DNA of 40,442 bases from Candidatus Iainarchaeum sp. (GTDB lineage: Archaea; Iainarchaeota; Iainarchaeia; Iainarchaeales; DTGL01), in contig JAZDDY010000120.1 in NCBI GenBank assembly GCA_043809265.1, positions 1 through 40,442 on the forward strand, read 5' to 3'. The translations under genes were made by a program, and so were the position numbers. How positions within the stretch are numbered: position 1 is the stretch's first letter; the number at the start of each line of letters is the position of its first letter. Below the pieces are notes generated by a model. It was not told the DNA's origin. It did not search any database and worked only from the letters and a program-made list of their open reading frames with translations. Below, in pieces: positions 15,348 to 25,675 of the stretch.

Positions 15348-18300
15348 ATGCCTGAAAAAAGAATGGCAATGGCGATATTCATAGCACTGCTTTTAGGCGC
15401 GCCACTGGCGTTCTCGGCACACACAAGCCAAAACTATTCAATCACAAACATTGTAATCGAGCCAAGCGATGAAGGCGCTTCAGAAAACTACAGGATTTAT
15501 GACGCAGGCGAAGAACCCATCGGTTCAGGGGAAGGCACAAGCGTAGGCTATTCGCTCTGGATTGGCTTTCCTGCAACTGTCGGCATTCCGAGAGTGCCAG
15601 GGGCGCTGAGCACTGCTGTTGATTCCAATACCCAAATCACTGTTTCATGGGATGCAAACGGCAACCAGTCAGGCGTAACCTACCAATTGCAGGAAACAAG
15701 TCCTGTGTCCCAAAGCCTTTATTCAGGCGCAAACACGCAATACGTTCACTCAAGTTTGAGTGCAGGCCAGCAGTACTGTTATAAGATCAGGGCTTATGCC
15801 GGAGTTTACAGCGTGTATTCCGCTGAAAAGTGCGCTTCCACAATGCCGAGCGAACCGGTCGTGAGTTCAAGCCACACGCAGAATGCATGGGACACCAATT
15901 CCGTTTTGCAGTTCACTGCAACCAGCAGCGCCCACCACTTTTATTATGCTTGGAACCAGGCGGCAGGCACGGCTGTTTCGGCTGGCGACACGCAGTGGGA
16001 CGGCAATGCGATAGTGAAAACCGCAACAAGCGACGGCAACTGGTATTTCCATGTAAGGAGCGCGAATGCCGACAACAATCTGAATGACGGCGGCACAGTG
16101 CACTACGGCCCCTACAATATCGACTCGAATGTGCCTTACACTTATGATGACGCGAATTCCTATTGGCAGACAACCAATGTGCATGTAATCTTGGGCCGAA
16201 CCGATAATGCCAGCGGAATCACAAACACTTATTATTGCATGGGTTCTGATAATTCCTGCACGCCGTCAACAACAGGCACAACCGCGGATGTGACCTGCAA
16301 CACAACCTGCCAGACTTATTTGCGCTATTATTCCGTTGACCTTGCAGGCAACCAGGAAAGCGTCAGAAGCAGGCTTATAAAAATCGACAAGGAAAATCCT
16401 TCAACACCGACAGTAACGGATGAAGGCTCGATTTCCTCGGATTTCTCCCTTACATTCACTTATACAACTTTGGACAATAATGGTTCAGGAATAAGCGATT
16501 TCTATCTGGAATTGCACAGCGGCTCGACCTCAGGCCCGCTTGTATATGGGGGCTGGACAGGCGACAATGACGGTTCGTATGCCTATTTGGGGGCGCTTGA
16601 AGCGCATACTTATTATGCGAAGGGAAAAGTAAAGGATGCGCTTAACCATGAAAGTTCTTTCTCTGCCTGGACAGACGCCGTTTATGTGAACGCAACCTCG
16701 CACCCCTCGAGCGCAAATTATGCCTTGGACATGTATACTGTGGTGCCAAGCGGCTCAACAGACAGCGACAATTATTCCATTGCGGATTTAGTGATAGGCC
16801 AGGCGGCTGTGTCAATGTCTTCTGACAATTATACAGCCGAAACAGGCTTTGGCGGCGGCTTTATTGAAAATTCCGCTCCGACCATAACCTATAATTCCCC
16901 TAACTCCGGCTATTATGGTTCTGGCACGATTTCAATAGATTTCAATGTGAAGGAGGCTGAAAACGACAGGCCTTACCTTACAATCGCTTATTCCACAACC
17001 AAAGGCGCTTTCCAGGTAACGCTTTTGGATGATGTCAACCTTAACGATTATGCCGACATCTCCAACCTGGACTGCGATAGCAATGCCTGGAGTTCAAGCG
17101 TAAACTGCGTTTATTCATGGGATGCGTCGAGCGTGCAGGACGGGAATTATTATGTAGACTTTAATGCGCATGATACTGCCGGGGCTGCGCACAGCACTTC
17201 TTCAAGCGCGTCCATAAAGATCGACAAGACCGCACCAGTGACTTCAAGCGATTATAATGGCGACTGGTCCGGCGCTGACCTTAACATCACGCTTTCCTGC
17301 AATGACGGCTCAGGCTCAGGATGCTCGCTAACGCAATACAGGCTTGACTCAAACCCGTCAAGCACTGTTTCCTTCGGCTCCTGGCTGCCCTATTCTGAGA
17401 AGTTTGCAGTGAGCGGGGACGGCAATTGGGTGATAGATTTCAACAGCGTCGACCTTTTAGGCAATGCTGAAACCACAAACAGGCAATATATCCTCATAAA
17501 CAAGGCTTTTTCCTCGATGGAATTGCAGATTCCGGCCGGCTTTGAGATAGAAATAAAGGAGGACCTGAACAAAACGCTCTGGTACAAGTGCACTGATTAT
17601 GCCGGAAATGTCGAGACAGCGCAATACATTTACATCTGCCTTGACAAGAACCCGCCAACAACAACCGACGACATCAACAGCGACTGGAGAAGCGCTGACG
17701 CCATCGTAACGCTTACAGCTGCCGACCCGGGCTCAGGCGTGCAGGCGACTTATCACTGCACCGACGACTCCAATTCATGCAATCCGCTGTCCGGAACCAT
17801 TGGGGCGACATTCAGCGTTTCCTGCGACGCCGATTCGGTCTGCCAGAAATATGTTCGCTATCTCTCGGTGGACAATGCAGGCAGCAGCGAGGCTGCGCAC
17901 GGCGAGCTTGTGAGGATCGACAACCAGAAGCCGGGCACGAGCGCTGTTTTCACTGACGGCTGGCTTGGCGACACGAATGTGGCGTTTTCCTGCTCCGACG
18001 GAAGCGGTTCAGGCTGCAAAAAACTGAAATACAGGGTGGATTCCGGCGGCTGGCAGGAGGCAACAATTTCAGGCAATGATGTCAATGTTTTGTTCAGCAC
18101 CGACGGCAACCATTTGGTCGAATATTATTCATTGGATAACGTGGACAACAACGAAGCCATAAAGCAGGGCTGGCTTGCAATCGACAAGAACCCGCCTTCT
18201 GTCACAATAACCGATCCGAGCACGGATGATATGGAGAAAGGCACGCCGACAATTTCCTTCAATATCGGCAGGCTCGGAGGCTCCAGCCTTGACCTTTCCT

Positions 18301-19538
18301 CAATTGTCGTTGATTTCAACGGAACTGCAAGCGACGACTTCAATGCATTGGCGCACTGCACTGTAAACAACGGCGATTATAATTGCTCTTACACCGAACT
18401 GAATTTCCCGGAAACGGACTATAATCTGAGCGTTTATGCAAAGGATGCGGCCAACAATGCAAGAAAGGCCTCAAGGGTTTTCACCCTTAAGGCAATAATC
18501 GCTGTAAGGTACATTACCCCCTCAGGCGGATTTGTGAAAGGCGTTTCCTCAATCCACTTTGAGGTAAAGAACACGATGCTGAACGATGTTTACGCCAAGC
18601 TCTTTATTTCAGGCTGGTTCGGACGGTTCGATTCAAACATAAGCCCGGTAATGCATTTGGACCAGTACAGTGAAATCCAGGGCTTGTCATGTGCGAGCAC
18701 GAACTGGTGGGATTGGACTGCATGCACTTACAGCTGGAATTCTGCCGGAGTTTCAGACGGCAATTATTTCATCGACCTTAACTTCTATAACGCCAGCGGC
18801 GGCAACACCGCAGGACATTCCCTCATGCCATTCCTTGTCGACAATACGCCTCCTGTTGCCAATGTCGGCGGCGTTTCGTCCACGCCTGTGTATTTCAATA
18901 GGGTTTATTTGGGCTGCAGCGATGCGGGTTCAGGCTGCATGCAAACCAAATGGTATTATTTCAGTTCCTCGCAAACATGCTCTTCCTCGAAGAGCAGTTA
19001 TGACACTAACACAAATGCGGGCTATATTGAAATTTCGACAGAACATTCGGATTACATCTGCCTCTGGGTTGAAGACAAGGCTGGCTTCAATGCAAGGGCG
19101 GTTTCTGCACAGCTTCAAATTGAACCTGGAGTGTATGTTATTAGCAGCATTTCGAGCGAATCAATGAGCATTGCGACCCAGGACTTAAACAACGAGTGCC
19201 GCATGTACCTGGACCAGAATATAACCATTGAATGCGCCTTCAAGAGCACGATAAAAATAAGCGAATATGAGAATGACCTTAACAGGGTATGGCAGGAAAG
19301 CCCGGAACTGGTTGTTTCGCCGCCGAAAACCATCAGGGTTTTGGTCCAAAGCGAGATTGAATCCTTCTATAACAAGGATTATTTCCTGAAATTCGAGAGC
19401 GAACAGCGCACAATTACAAGCCTCGGCAACGAAAATGACTATCAGACAGTTGTTGTCAGGAGAAGGGTTATGCCTTTGCTTACCACCGAAGGCCAGCTTG
19501 AAGTCGGCACGCTCACAATACTGATAAGGCAGAAATAG
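15348..19538 (+). CDS. Giant secreted surface protein (about 1396 aa) with FN3-like and Ig-like repeats
   Basis: Signal peptide (AIFIALLLGAPLAFSA); FN3-like ITVSWDANGN...YCYKIRAY; same Ig-like repeat family as 4839-10463; no C-terminal TM. Start could also be 15339 or 15363. Confidence 0.88.
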   Translation: MPEKRMAMAIFIALLLGAPLAFSAHTSQNYSITNIVIEPSDEGASENYRIYDAGEEPIGSGEGTSVGYSLWIGFPATVGIPRVPGALSTAVDSNTQITVSWDANGNQSGVTYQLQETSPVSQSLYSGANTQYVHSSLSAGQQYCYKIRAYAGVYSVYSAEKCASTMPSEPVVSSSHTQNAWDTNSVLQFTATSSAHHFYYAWNQAAGTAVSAGDTQWDGNAIVKTATSDGNWYFHVRSANADNNLNDGGTVHYGPYNIDSNVPYTYDDANSYWQTTNVHVILGRTDNASGITNTYYCMGSDNSCTPSTTGTTADVTCNTTCQTYLRYYSVDLAGNQESVRSRLIKIDKENPSTPTVTDEGSISSDFSLTFTYTTLDNNGSGISDFYLELHSGSTSGPLVYGGWTGDNDGSYAYLGALEAHTYYAKGKVKDALNHESSFSAWTDAVYVNATSHPSSANYALDMYTVVPSGSTDSDNYSIADLVIGQAAVSMSSDNYTAETGFGGGFIENSAPTITYNSPNSGYYGSGTISIDFNVKEAENDRPYLTIAYSTTKGAFQVTLLDDVNLNDYADISNLDCDSNAWSSSVNCVYSWDASSVQDGNYYVDFNAHDTAGAAHSTSSSASIKIDKTAPVTSSDYNGDWSGADLNITLSCNDGSGSGCSLTQYRLDSNPSSTVSFGSWLPYSEKFAVSGDGNWVIDFNSVDLLGNAETTNRQYILINKAFSSMELQIPAGFEIEIKEDLNKTLWYKCTDYAGNVETAQYIYICLDKNPPTTTDDINSDWRSADAIVTLTAADPGSGVQATYHCTDDSNSCNPLSGTIGATFSVSCDADSVCQKYVRYLSVDNAGSSEAAHGELVRIDNQKPGTSAVFTDGWLGDTNVAFSCSDGSGSGCKKLKYRVDSGGWQEATISGNDVNVLFSTDGNHLVEYYSLDNVDNNEAIKQGWLAIDKNPPSVTITDPSTDDMEKGTPTISFNIGRLGGSSLDLSSIVVDFNGTASDDFNALAHCTVNNGDYNCSYTELNFPETDYNLSVYAKDAANNARKASRVFTLKAIIAVRYITPSGGFVKGVSSIHFEVKNTMLNDVYAKLFISGWFGRFDSNISPVMHLDQYSEIQGLSCASTNWWDWTACTYSWNSAGVSDGNYFIDLNFYNASGGNTAGHSLMPFLVDNTPPVANVGGVSSTPVYFNRVYLGCSDAGSGCMQTKWYYFSSSQTCSSSKSSYDTNTNAGYIEISTEHSDYICLWVEDKAGFNARAVSAQLQIEPGVYVISSISSESMSIATQDLNNECRMYLDQNITIECAFKSTIKISEYENDLNRVWQESPELVVSPPKTIRVLVQSEIESFYNKDYFLKFESEQRTITSLGNENDYQTVVVRRRVMPLLTTEGQLEVGTLTILIRQK

Positions 19539-19581
19539 GCCGACTCAACAGCGCCTTTTCTTCCAATTTGCCTTTTTCTTT

Positions 19582-20442
19582 TTAAACCCCTGGCGCGAGT
19601 ATCGATGTCGCCAGGAGGTATGCGGTCACGGATGTGCTCAATAGTATCAGGCAGTGCTTGAGGCCTGCTACAAGGCTGTTTTCCGAGATTTTCCCTATCA
19701 TCGGGCCTGCGAAAATGCTTTGCACTATCAGCAGGTTAAGGAAGTGGGCGGAAAAATCCATTTTCGGCTTGCTTTCGGAAGAACCGGCCTGCATTGATGA
19801 GATATCGCCGGAAAGCAGGCTGGCCGCATTGATTGCAGGCTGGTTTGCGATGAGCGGCACAAAGTAGACCTGGATTGCGATTATTATCATCACAAAGACA
19901 TAGAACATCATGTATGCGTTGAAAAGCGTGGACATTGTGCGGCTTTTCCTCTGGTTTTTCAGCCTTTCTATTTTTTCCACGTATTTTGCGCTTGTGGTGA
20001 AAACCTTCATGAAATTTCCCCCTGTGCGCAGGGTCTGGTTTATCACCGTGATTATTTTCCTTATAAGCTGGGAGCGGACGTCCTTGAAGGTGATTTGCAT
20101 TGCTTTTTCGAAAGGGATGCCGAGCTTCACTTTTGCGGCAAGCCTTTTCACGTAAACGCTCAAAGGCCCGTAATCGTTCCTTGCGGTTATCTGGAGGGCG
20201 TCGCTGATGTTCACGCCTGCCTGCAATAAGTCCCTGAGGTCGTCAAGCAAAACCCTGAAATTGTCCTCAAGGCCTTTTATTGCCCTGTTTTTGAGGTAAT
20301 AGGCCAGGACAAGCGGGCCTGCGAAGGCGATAATCGGCACAATGATAAGGCTTGTGCCGGCCAGCAGGAAAAACATGGCCAGGCTGGCGCCCGCGCCCAA
20401 AAGCGCGAATTTTGCGTAATAAAATAAAACCTCGTTTTCCAT
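19582..20442 (-). CDS. Type IV pilus/T2SS-F membrane platform protein (TadC/FlaJ-like)
   Basis: Multiple TM helices; DLLQAGVNISDAL, YGPLS, KLGIPFEKA, IGKISENSLVAGLKH. Confidence 0.9.
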   Translation of the reverse strand: MENEVLFYYAKFALLGAGASLAMFFLLAGTSLIIVPIIAFAGPLVLAYYLKNRAIKGLEDNFRVLLDDLRDLLQAGVNISDALQITARNDYGPLSVYVKRLAAKVKLGIPFEKAMQITFKDVRSQLIRKIITVINQTLRTGGNFMKVFTTSAKYVEKIERLKNQRKSRTMSTLFNAYMMFYVFVMIIIAIQVYFVPLIANQPAINAASLLSGDISSMQAGSSESKPKMDFSAHFLNLLIVQSIFAGPMIGKISENSLVAGLKHCLILLSTSVTAYLLATSILAPGV

Positions 20443-20480
20443 CTTTCCACTCTCTTTTTTCCTATTTTTTCAAAGCCCGC

Positions 20481-21356
20481 TTATTCCGGGGACATAATCA
20501 TCATTACTGCAATGAACAATATGTTTGCCAGCGGTATTACAAGCCACACACCGTAAGTCACCAGTTGTTCTGCCGAAAGCCCGAAAATGCCGGATTCGGT
20601 TGCAAACATCCCGAGGAGCATGACGGCAAAGAACAAAAACAACGGCGCTGCGATCAGGATGATGCTGTAAATTTCGCCAAGCGTTTCCGCCCTTTCAGCG
20701 CTCCTTTCCAATTGCAGCATGTACTCGAAGTATGCGTCGTCAGCGCGCTTTGACATGAATTCCTTGAGGTCGCCGCCGCTCCTCAATGTCGTGTTCAGCT
20801 CTTTCAGGAAGGTCTGCAGCTTCACCGACGGCGTCAGTTCTATTTCTTTTGCCACTGCCTTGCTGAAGGACAGGCCGAGCTGGTCCATGAAGCGCTGTAT
20901 TTTCATGCATTCTTTTTCAAGCCAGGGATAATCCGGATTGCCGGCAATGGACTGGAACATGTATTGGGGCGGCGCGCCGCCTTCGCTTATGGTGGACATT
21001 GTCAGGATTGCAAGCGGCAGGTTTGCCGCGATGATTTTGTTTTTTTTGGACAGTTCCATCGAAGGCCAGACAAAAGAGAATGCGGCGACTCCCGCCCCGG
21101 CGATAAAAGGCGCCAGGAACACAATGGGGCTTGCAAAGGTGCCTGAAACGAACACCGCTATGGCAACAACAAAGCCGAGTATTGCAGTGATGGCTGCAAG
21201 GGCGAGCCAGTAGGCGAAATAATGGCCTGTGCTGTAAGGGTAATCGACAAGCGCCAGCTTTTTTTTGAGCGAGTCAACGTCTATGTTTTTTGTGGCCTTG
21301 TAAAAGGTTTTTTCGGCCAGCCCGAAGACAAGCGCTTCAAGCCTTTCCTTCAGCAT
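20481..21356 (-). CDS. Type IV pilus/T2SS-F membrane platform protein (TadB/FlaJ-like)
   Basis: TM helices; NLPLAILTMSTISEGG, TPSVKLQTFL...TTLRSGGDLKEF. Confidence 0.9.
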   Translation of the reverse strand: MLKERLEALVFGLAEKTFYKATKNIDVDSLKKKLALVDYPYSTGHYFAYWLALAAITAILGFVVAIAVFVSGTFASPIVFLAPFIAGAGVAAFSFVWPSMELSKKNKIIAANLPLAILTMSTISEGGAPPQYMFQSIAGNPDYPWLEKECMKIQRFMDQLGLSFSKAVAKEIELTPSVKLQTFLKELNTTLRSGGDLKEFMSKRADDAYFEYMLQLERSAERAETLGEIYSIILIAAPLFLFFAVMLLGMFATESGIFGLSAEQLVTYGVWLVIPLANILFIAVMMIMSPE

Positions 21357-21386
21357 TCCTGCCCCTCCTCCGGCCTTCCTTGGCGG

Positions 21387-23648
21387 TCAGGCTTTTCCTT
21401 CAGCATTCTTGAATTCCTCCAGCCTTTTCGAGAATTCTGCGTAATCGGCAACATTGTCTTCCGTGATTTTTTTCATGAACGCCGTGCGCCTTTCGATTTT
21501 TTTCTGCAGGTCCAGGAGCGGAACGCCGTGCTCCTTGCTTATCTGCTTCAGCAAAAAGCTTCTTCCGGTTATCGGGAAGAATTCAGCAATGCTTTTTGTT
21601 TGGCCATCTATGGCCTTTATTTCCTCGAACTCGGTGTTTTCAAGCAGGTCGTTGTATTCGAGCCGCATTTCTTTCGCATTGTATTTTTTCACTTCCGCGA
21701 TTGTCCTTATCTTCCTTTTTACTTCCTGCTCGCCGATAAATCCGACATTGAGGATAACATCGACTGATTCGAGCAGCGAAGGGTAAAGGCTTATCGGGGG
21801 CGTTGTGAGCCTTGAGACAACATCATCAACCGACCTTGCGTGCAGTGTTGCCATGGAGCAGTGGCCTGAAGCCATGCCTTGGAACAATACGAATGTTTCC
21901 TTTCCCCTGACTTCACCGACTATGAGATAATCAGGCCTTTGCCTGAAGGATTCCATTATGAGCGTCATGAGGTCGACTTCGCCGAAGCGCTTTCCTGTCG
22001 CGTCCGGCGGGCCGAAACCCTGCCTTGCCACCTGCGGCAGCCAGTTTTCGTGCTTTATGTTCAGTTCCCTTGTGTCTTCGATTGATACAACGCGGTTCCC
22101 GTAAGGGATGAACATTGCGATAGCATTCAATATGGTTGTTTTTCCGCTTGCTGTCGGCCCAGTTATGAGAATTGATTTTTTGAATTCGATCACAGTCCAA
22201 AGGTATGCGGCAATCCTTGCGCTCATTGTGCCGTTCTTGATCAGCAGGCTTGGCGGCAGCGGCTTTTCAGGGAAAAGCCTGATGGTAAAACTGGGGCCTT
22301 TTGTGGAAACAGATTTTGTGAGCACGGCATTTATCCTTGAGCCGTCAGGCAGGACAGAGTCCACGAGCGGCGAGGCATAGGACACATAGGTTTTGGAGAG
22401 CTGGGCGAGCTTGATTATAAAATCCTCCAGCGTTTCCATGTTTTTGAAAACAATGTTTGTGGCGACATGGCCTTGCTTTTGGTGCACGACATATACGGGA
22501 ATGTCGGTGCCGTCGCATTCAATGTCCTCTATGAGCGGGTCGTGCATCAAAGGCTCTATCCTTTCAAGGCCCAGCAGGTCCCTTGAGAGATAGTACATGA
22601 GCTTGTGCCTTCCCTGACTTGAAAACGTGTAGCCGCGCTTTGAAATTATGCTTTCGACTTTTTCGAACATTTTTTCGCGGCTCAATTCCTCTATCGTTAT
22701 GACTTCGATGAGCTCGTTTTTTATTTTTGTGATTTTGTCCCTTTCCTCGTCGCTCAAGTCCGGTTCTATTATGTAATACACTTTTTGCCCCTGCGCCCTG
22801 GAAATGATTTTGCCGTAAGCATACCCAGGAATCAGGGTTATGAGGTCTTTTTCATTGCTTGCGATTTCCGATTTTTTGCCTTCGGCAAAAAGCGTTTCTT
22901 TCAGGGAAAGGATGGTTTCCGCGTGCTGGTCTTCCCCAGGCTCAACTTTCCTGAAATCCTCTGTTGTCGACTTTTCGGAAAGGCCTGAGCCTGTGGCAAA
23001 AATAGGGACCTTGAAGACTTCCTGTATTTTTTCTCCTGTCTGAATTCCTCTGCTGCCGAACATCTTCCGTATGGAGTCTGTTCTTTTTGCCATTGAAGAG
23101 ATTGTTTTTGCGATTCCGCTGCCGAATCCCGGCCCTTTTTTCGGCTTTTGGCCGGGTTCAAGCTGGCGCTCTTCAATTTCGCTTTTATCGGCTTTGCCTT
23201 CGACAAACAGCGACTTTATCTTGCTTACGGCGGACTGGCCGCCTTTCACAGGCCCCGGAGCGCCTGTACCGCCTGAAAATAATCCGGAAATTTTTGCTTT
23301 TTGCCCGCCGCCTTCCGCAAGCACTATAAAGCTGGTTTCAATTGAGAAATCCCTTGCAATCCTGCCGTAGGAATTGAATGCCTTCACAAATCCCTTCAAT
23401 GCCTTCCTTTCGATTTTTTCCCTTGAATCGAGCTTTTTTGCGGATATTTCCGCGGCAAGCCCCGCAGTCGGCTCCCAGCCAATCCCGTTTTTTTTCTGCA
23501 TTTCCTTCAATGCTGCCAGCATGGTTTTCGGCTTGAAGTCTTTGCTTGCGAGAATGCTTTCAAGGAGCAGGAGTTCTGAAAGGTGGTCCTTGAGCACGGA
23601 AAGCATTTCCTGCCATTCGCTGGCTTGTTCGCTGATTTCGGGAGTCAT
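21387..23648 (-). CDS. Type IV pilus assembly ATPase (FlaI/VirB11/CpaF family) with long N-terminal extension
   Basis: Walker A GPTASGKTT, SIEDTREL, RQRPDYLIVGEVRG, GHCSMATLHA. Confidence 0.95.
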   Translation of the reverse strand: MTPEISEQASEWQEMLSVLKDHLSELLLLESILASKDFKPKTMLAALKEMQKKNGIGWEPTAGLAAEISAKKLDSREKIERKALKGFVKAFNSYGRIARDFSIETSFIVLAEGGGQKAKISGLFSGGTGAPGPVKGGQSAVSKIKSLFVEGKADKSEIEERQLEPGQKPKKGPGFGSGIAKTISSMAKRTDSIRKMFGSRGIQTGEKIQEVFKVPIFATGSGLSEKSTTEDFRKVEPGEDQHAETILSLKETLFAEGKKSEIASNEKDLITLIPGYAYGKIISRAQGQKVYYIIEPDLSDEERDKITKIKNELIEVITIEELSREKMFEKVESIISKRGYTFSSQGRHKLMYYLSRDLLGLERIEPLMHDPLIEDIECDGTDIPVYVVHQKQGHVATNIVFKNMETLEDFIIKLAQLSKTYVSYASPLVDSVLPDGSRINAVLTKSVSTKGPSFTIRLFPEKPLPPSLLIKNGTMSARIAAYLWTVIEFKKSILITGPTASGKTTILNAIAMFIPYGNRVVSIEDTRELNIKHENWLPQVARQGFGPPDATGKRFGEVDLMTLIMESFRQRPDYLIVGEVRGKETFVLFQGMASGHCSMATLHARSVDDVVSRLTTPPISLYPSLLESVDVILNVGFIGEQEVKRKIRTIAEVKKYNAKEMRLEYNDLLENTEFEEIKAIDGQTKSIAEFFPITGRSFLLKQISKEHGVPLLDLQKKIERRTAFMKKITEDNVADYAEFSKRLEEFKNAEGKA

Positions 23649-23971
23649 TCAGGCACAGCCTCCGTAAGGCTTCCAATGCCTGCGCTTTCGGCTTTCTGCC
23701 TGTAGTGTTCCTTCAGTTCGCCCATTGTTTTTCCCAATTCCCCAATATCCCGTTCAAGCCTTTCCTGCATGCTTTCAAGGACTTTTTCAAAGCCAATAAT
23801 CTGCTTGCTTGCGGTTTCGCTTTCGGTGCTCCCGCCCATCGCAGAATCCACGACTTTTTCCTGGAGCGCGCTCTTGCTTCTGCCAATAACCCGCATTTCC
23901 TCAAGTTCTTTCACGCATTTTTCAGCGGTCCCGATCGCTTCCTTGAGTTTTTCGCAGGCATCTAGCTCCAT
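23645..23971 (-). CDS. Hypothetical coiled-coil protein in the pilus operon
   Basis: 108 aa, E/K-rich and helical; overlaps both neighbours. Confidence 0.7.
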   Translation of the reverse strand: MELDACEKLKEAIGTAEKCVKELEEMRVIGRSKSALQEKVVDSAMGGSTESETASKQIIGFEKVLESMQERLERDIGELGKTMGELKEHYRQKAESAGIGSLTEAVPE

Positions 23972-24714
23972 GTCGCATCACTCGCCCAAACCCTTACAAA
24001 ATCAGAGCCGCTTTCAAGCCTGAAGTGCATGTTATACCTGTGCCCTGTGCCTGCAATGCTTGCCTTTATTTCACCCCAGCCCAGATTGTAGCCGCTTTTT
24101 GTGAACTCCGTGGCAATGTTCGCGTCCTCGCCTGCGTGGCTGTCCATATAAAAGTCGACAAGCGCATTCAGGTCCGCCGACATGTCCTTGAACCTCACTT
24201 TTTGGACAAGGTCGCGCGCCTTCATTGTGGTGTTCGAGTCCAGCCTTTTTATTGCAAGGTAAATGTGCTCGTTTTCAAGAATCAGGACGTTCGCATCCCC
24301 AAGGTTGCCGTAATAAGCGTCGGTTTCAACGCTCACACCCTTGAAATAATTGCCCTGGCTTTGCCTGCTCCTGGGGTTCATTCCCACTGCGTCGGTTTCC
24401 TTGTTTACAGTGACCATTTCCGAAGTGCCGTTCACATCCATTGAATCCATGGCAAGGCTTATGCTTATTTTTCTCTGCGAATCGGTCCCCTCCGAGGCGA
24501 CAATCGAGATGGTTTTGTCCATTTCCTTTAGCGTCGACTCGAGGTTTTTTACTTCGCCGTATTCCTGCAGCCTGTTCAGGTATGGAACGCCTATCTGGAG
24601 GACAAGCGACACGATTACAATGCTTATAAGCGTGTACATGACGGCGCTTACCAGCGGGCTGATTCCCCTGGCGGATGCAGTCCCTTTCGCAGTCCTTTTG
24701 CCCTCTTTTTTCAT
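23962..24714 (-). CDS. Archaeal type IV pilin-like protein (class III signal peptide)
   Basis: ARG|ISPLVSAVMYTLISIVIVSLVL. Confidence 0.85.
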   Translation of the reverse strand: MKKEGKRTAKGTASARGISPLVSAVMYTLISIVIVSLVLQIGVPYLNRLQEYGEVKNLESTLKEMDKTISIVASEGTDSQRKISISLAMDSMDVNGTSEMVTVNKETDAVGMNPRSRQSQGNYFKGVSVETDAYYGNLGDANVLILENEHIYLAIKRLDSNTTMKARDLVQKVRFKDMSADLNALVDFYMDSHAGEDANIATEFTKSGYNLGWGEIKASIAGTGHRYNMHFRLESGSDFVRVWASDATWS

Positions 24715-25259
24715 CCACTCACCACGATTTCGTCCTGCCTGTGGATTTCAGCCCTGTAAGAAAAGTCCTCAGTCAGGTCAAGGGGCTGGCCACAAATAAT
24801 TAAGGAATAATCATTATTAAGCCATGCTCTGGGAAACGTCGCAGTTTTGCCGTTTGCGATAGCCAGCGGGCCTTGCTTGCTGTTATAGTAAGTGCAGTCC
24901 TCGCCCCACCAGTTGCCGATGATATAATGCACCGAGACGCCCCTGGTGTAGGTTGCAGCAAACACAAACTTGAAAGCATAGCCTTTTTCCATCGAGAATC
25001 TATTGAAATCGTTGCCTGTTTCTAAGAGAATCCTGTTGAGGTCGTTTTGGTATATTCCCGCGGTATATGAAAGCGGGAGTTCCCTTTCGATGTTTTCCAT
25101 TAAAAAGTGGCCTTCTGTCCTTTGATGGGTTTCTGTCCTTGACACAAATGCGACAGAGGCCATTATCATTATCAGTATGAATGAAACCAGCAGGTATGCC
25201 TGCCCCCTGCCGCCGGTTCCCTGCCTGGCGCGTTTCCCTGCCTTTTTGCAACCCATCAT
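24711..25259 (-). CDS. Minor pilin-like protein
   Basis: GRG|QAYLLVSFILIMIM; overlaps neighbours by 4 nt. Confidence 0.78.
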   Translation of the reverse strand: MMGCKKAGKRARQGTGGRGQAYLLVSFILIMIMASVAFVSRTETHQRTEGHFLMENIERELPLSYTAGIYQNDLNRILLETGNDFNRFSMEKGYAFKFVFAATYTRGVSVHYIIGNWWGEDCTYYNSKQGPLAIANGKTATFPRAWLNNDYSLIICGQPLDLTEDFSYRAEIHRQDEIVVSG

Positions 25260-25654
25260 TCCACCCTGAACACCCAGATAAACATCTGGATCCTTTTCAT
25301 TGAATGCGTTGAAATGTTGCCGTCAAAAAGATAGGAAACAGTCGAATATGCCTTGTCGTCCGGAATTGAGCCCCAGCAATTGTTTGAATTGTTCGCATCG
25401 CAGACCCTTAACGAATAGGGGAGGTCGAAATAGCCGTCGATATATGCTTTAAGCGAGGCAAGTGAATTGTCGTCATTAACCGCAACCGCGAGGTTCCTGA
25501 AGGATTCTTCCTCGCAAAAGGACAGGAATGCGTCCTCCCCGGCGTCCCTTAAACCGGTGTATTTTTCTTCAGGCACAAAATATGGCGAGGAGATGAGCGC
25601 AAGCGTGCCGAGGAGCATTGCGGTTGCCAGGAGAGCCTCATAGGTCTTAATCAT
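25256..25654 (-). CDS. Minor pilin-like protein
   Basis: MIKTYEALLATAMLL hydrophobic N-terminus with a pilin-type Glu; C-terminal beta-strand IQMFIW. Confidence 0.7.
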   Translation of the reverse strand: MIKTYEALLATAMLLGTLALISSPYFVPEEKYTGLRDAGEDAFLSFCEEESFRNLAVAVNDDNSLASLKAYIDGYFDLPYSLRVCDANNSNNCWGSIPDDKAYSTVSYLFDGNISTHSMKRIQMFIWVFRVE

Positions 25655-25675
25655 CCTTTGCCCTCGGAGAATTTT

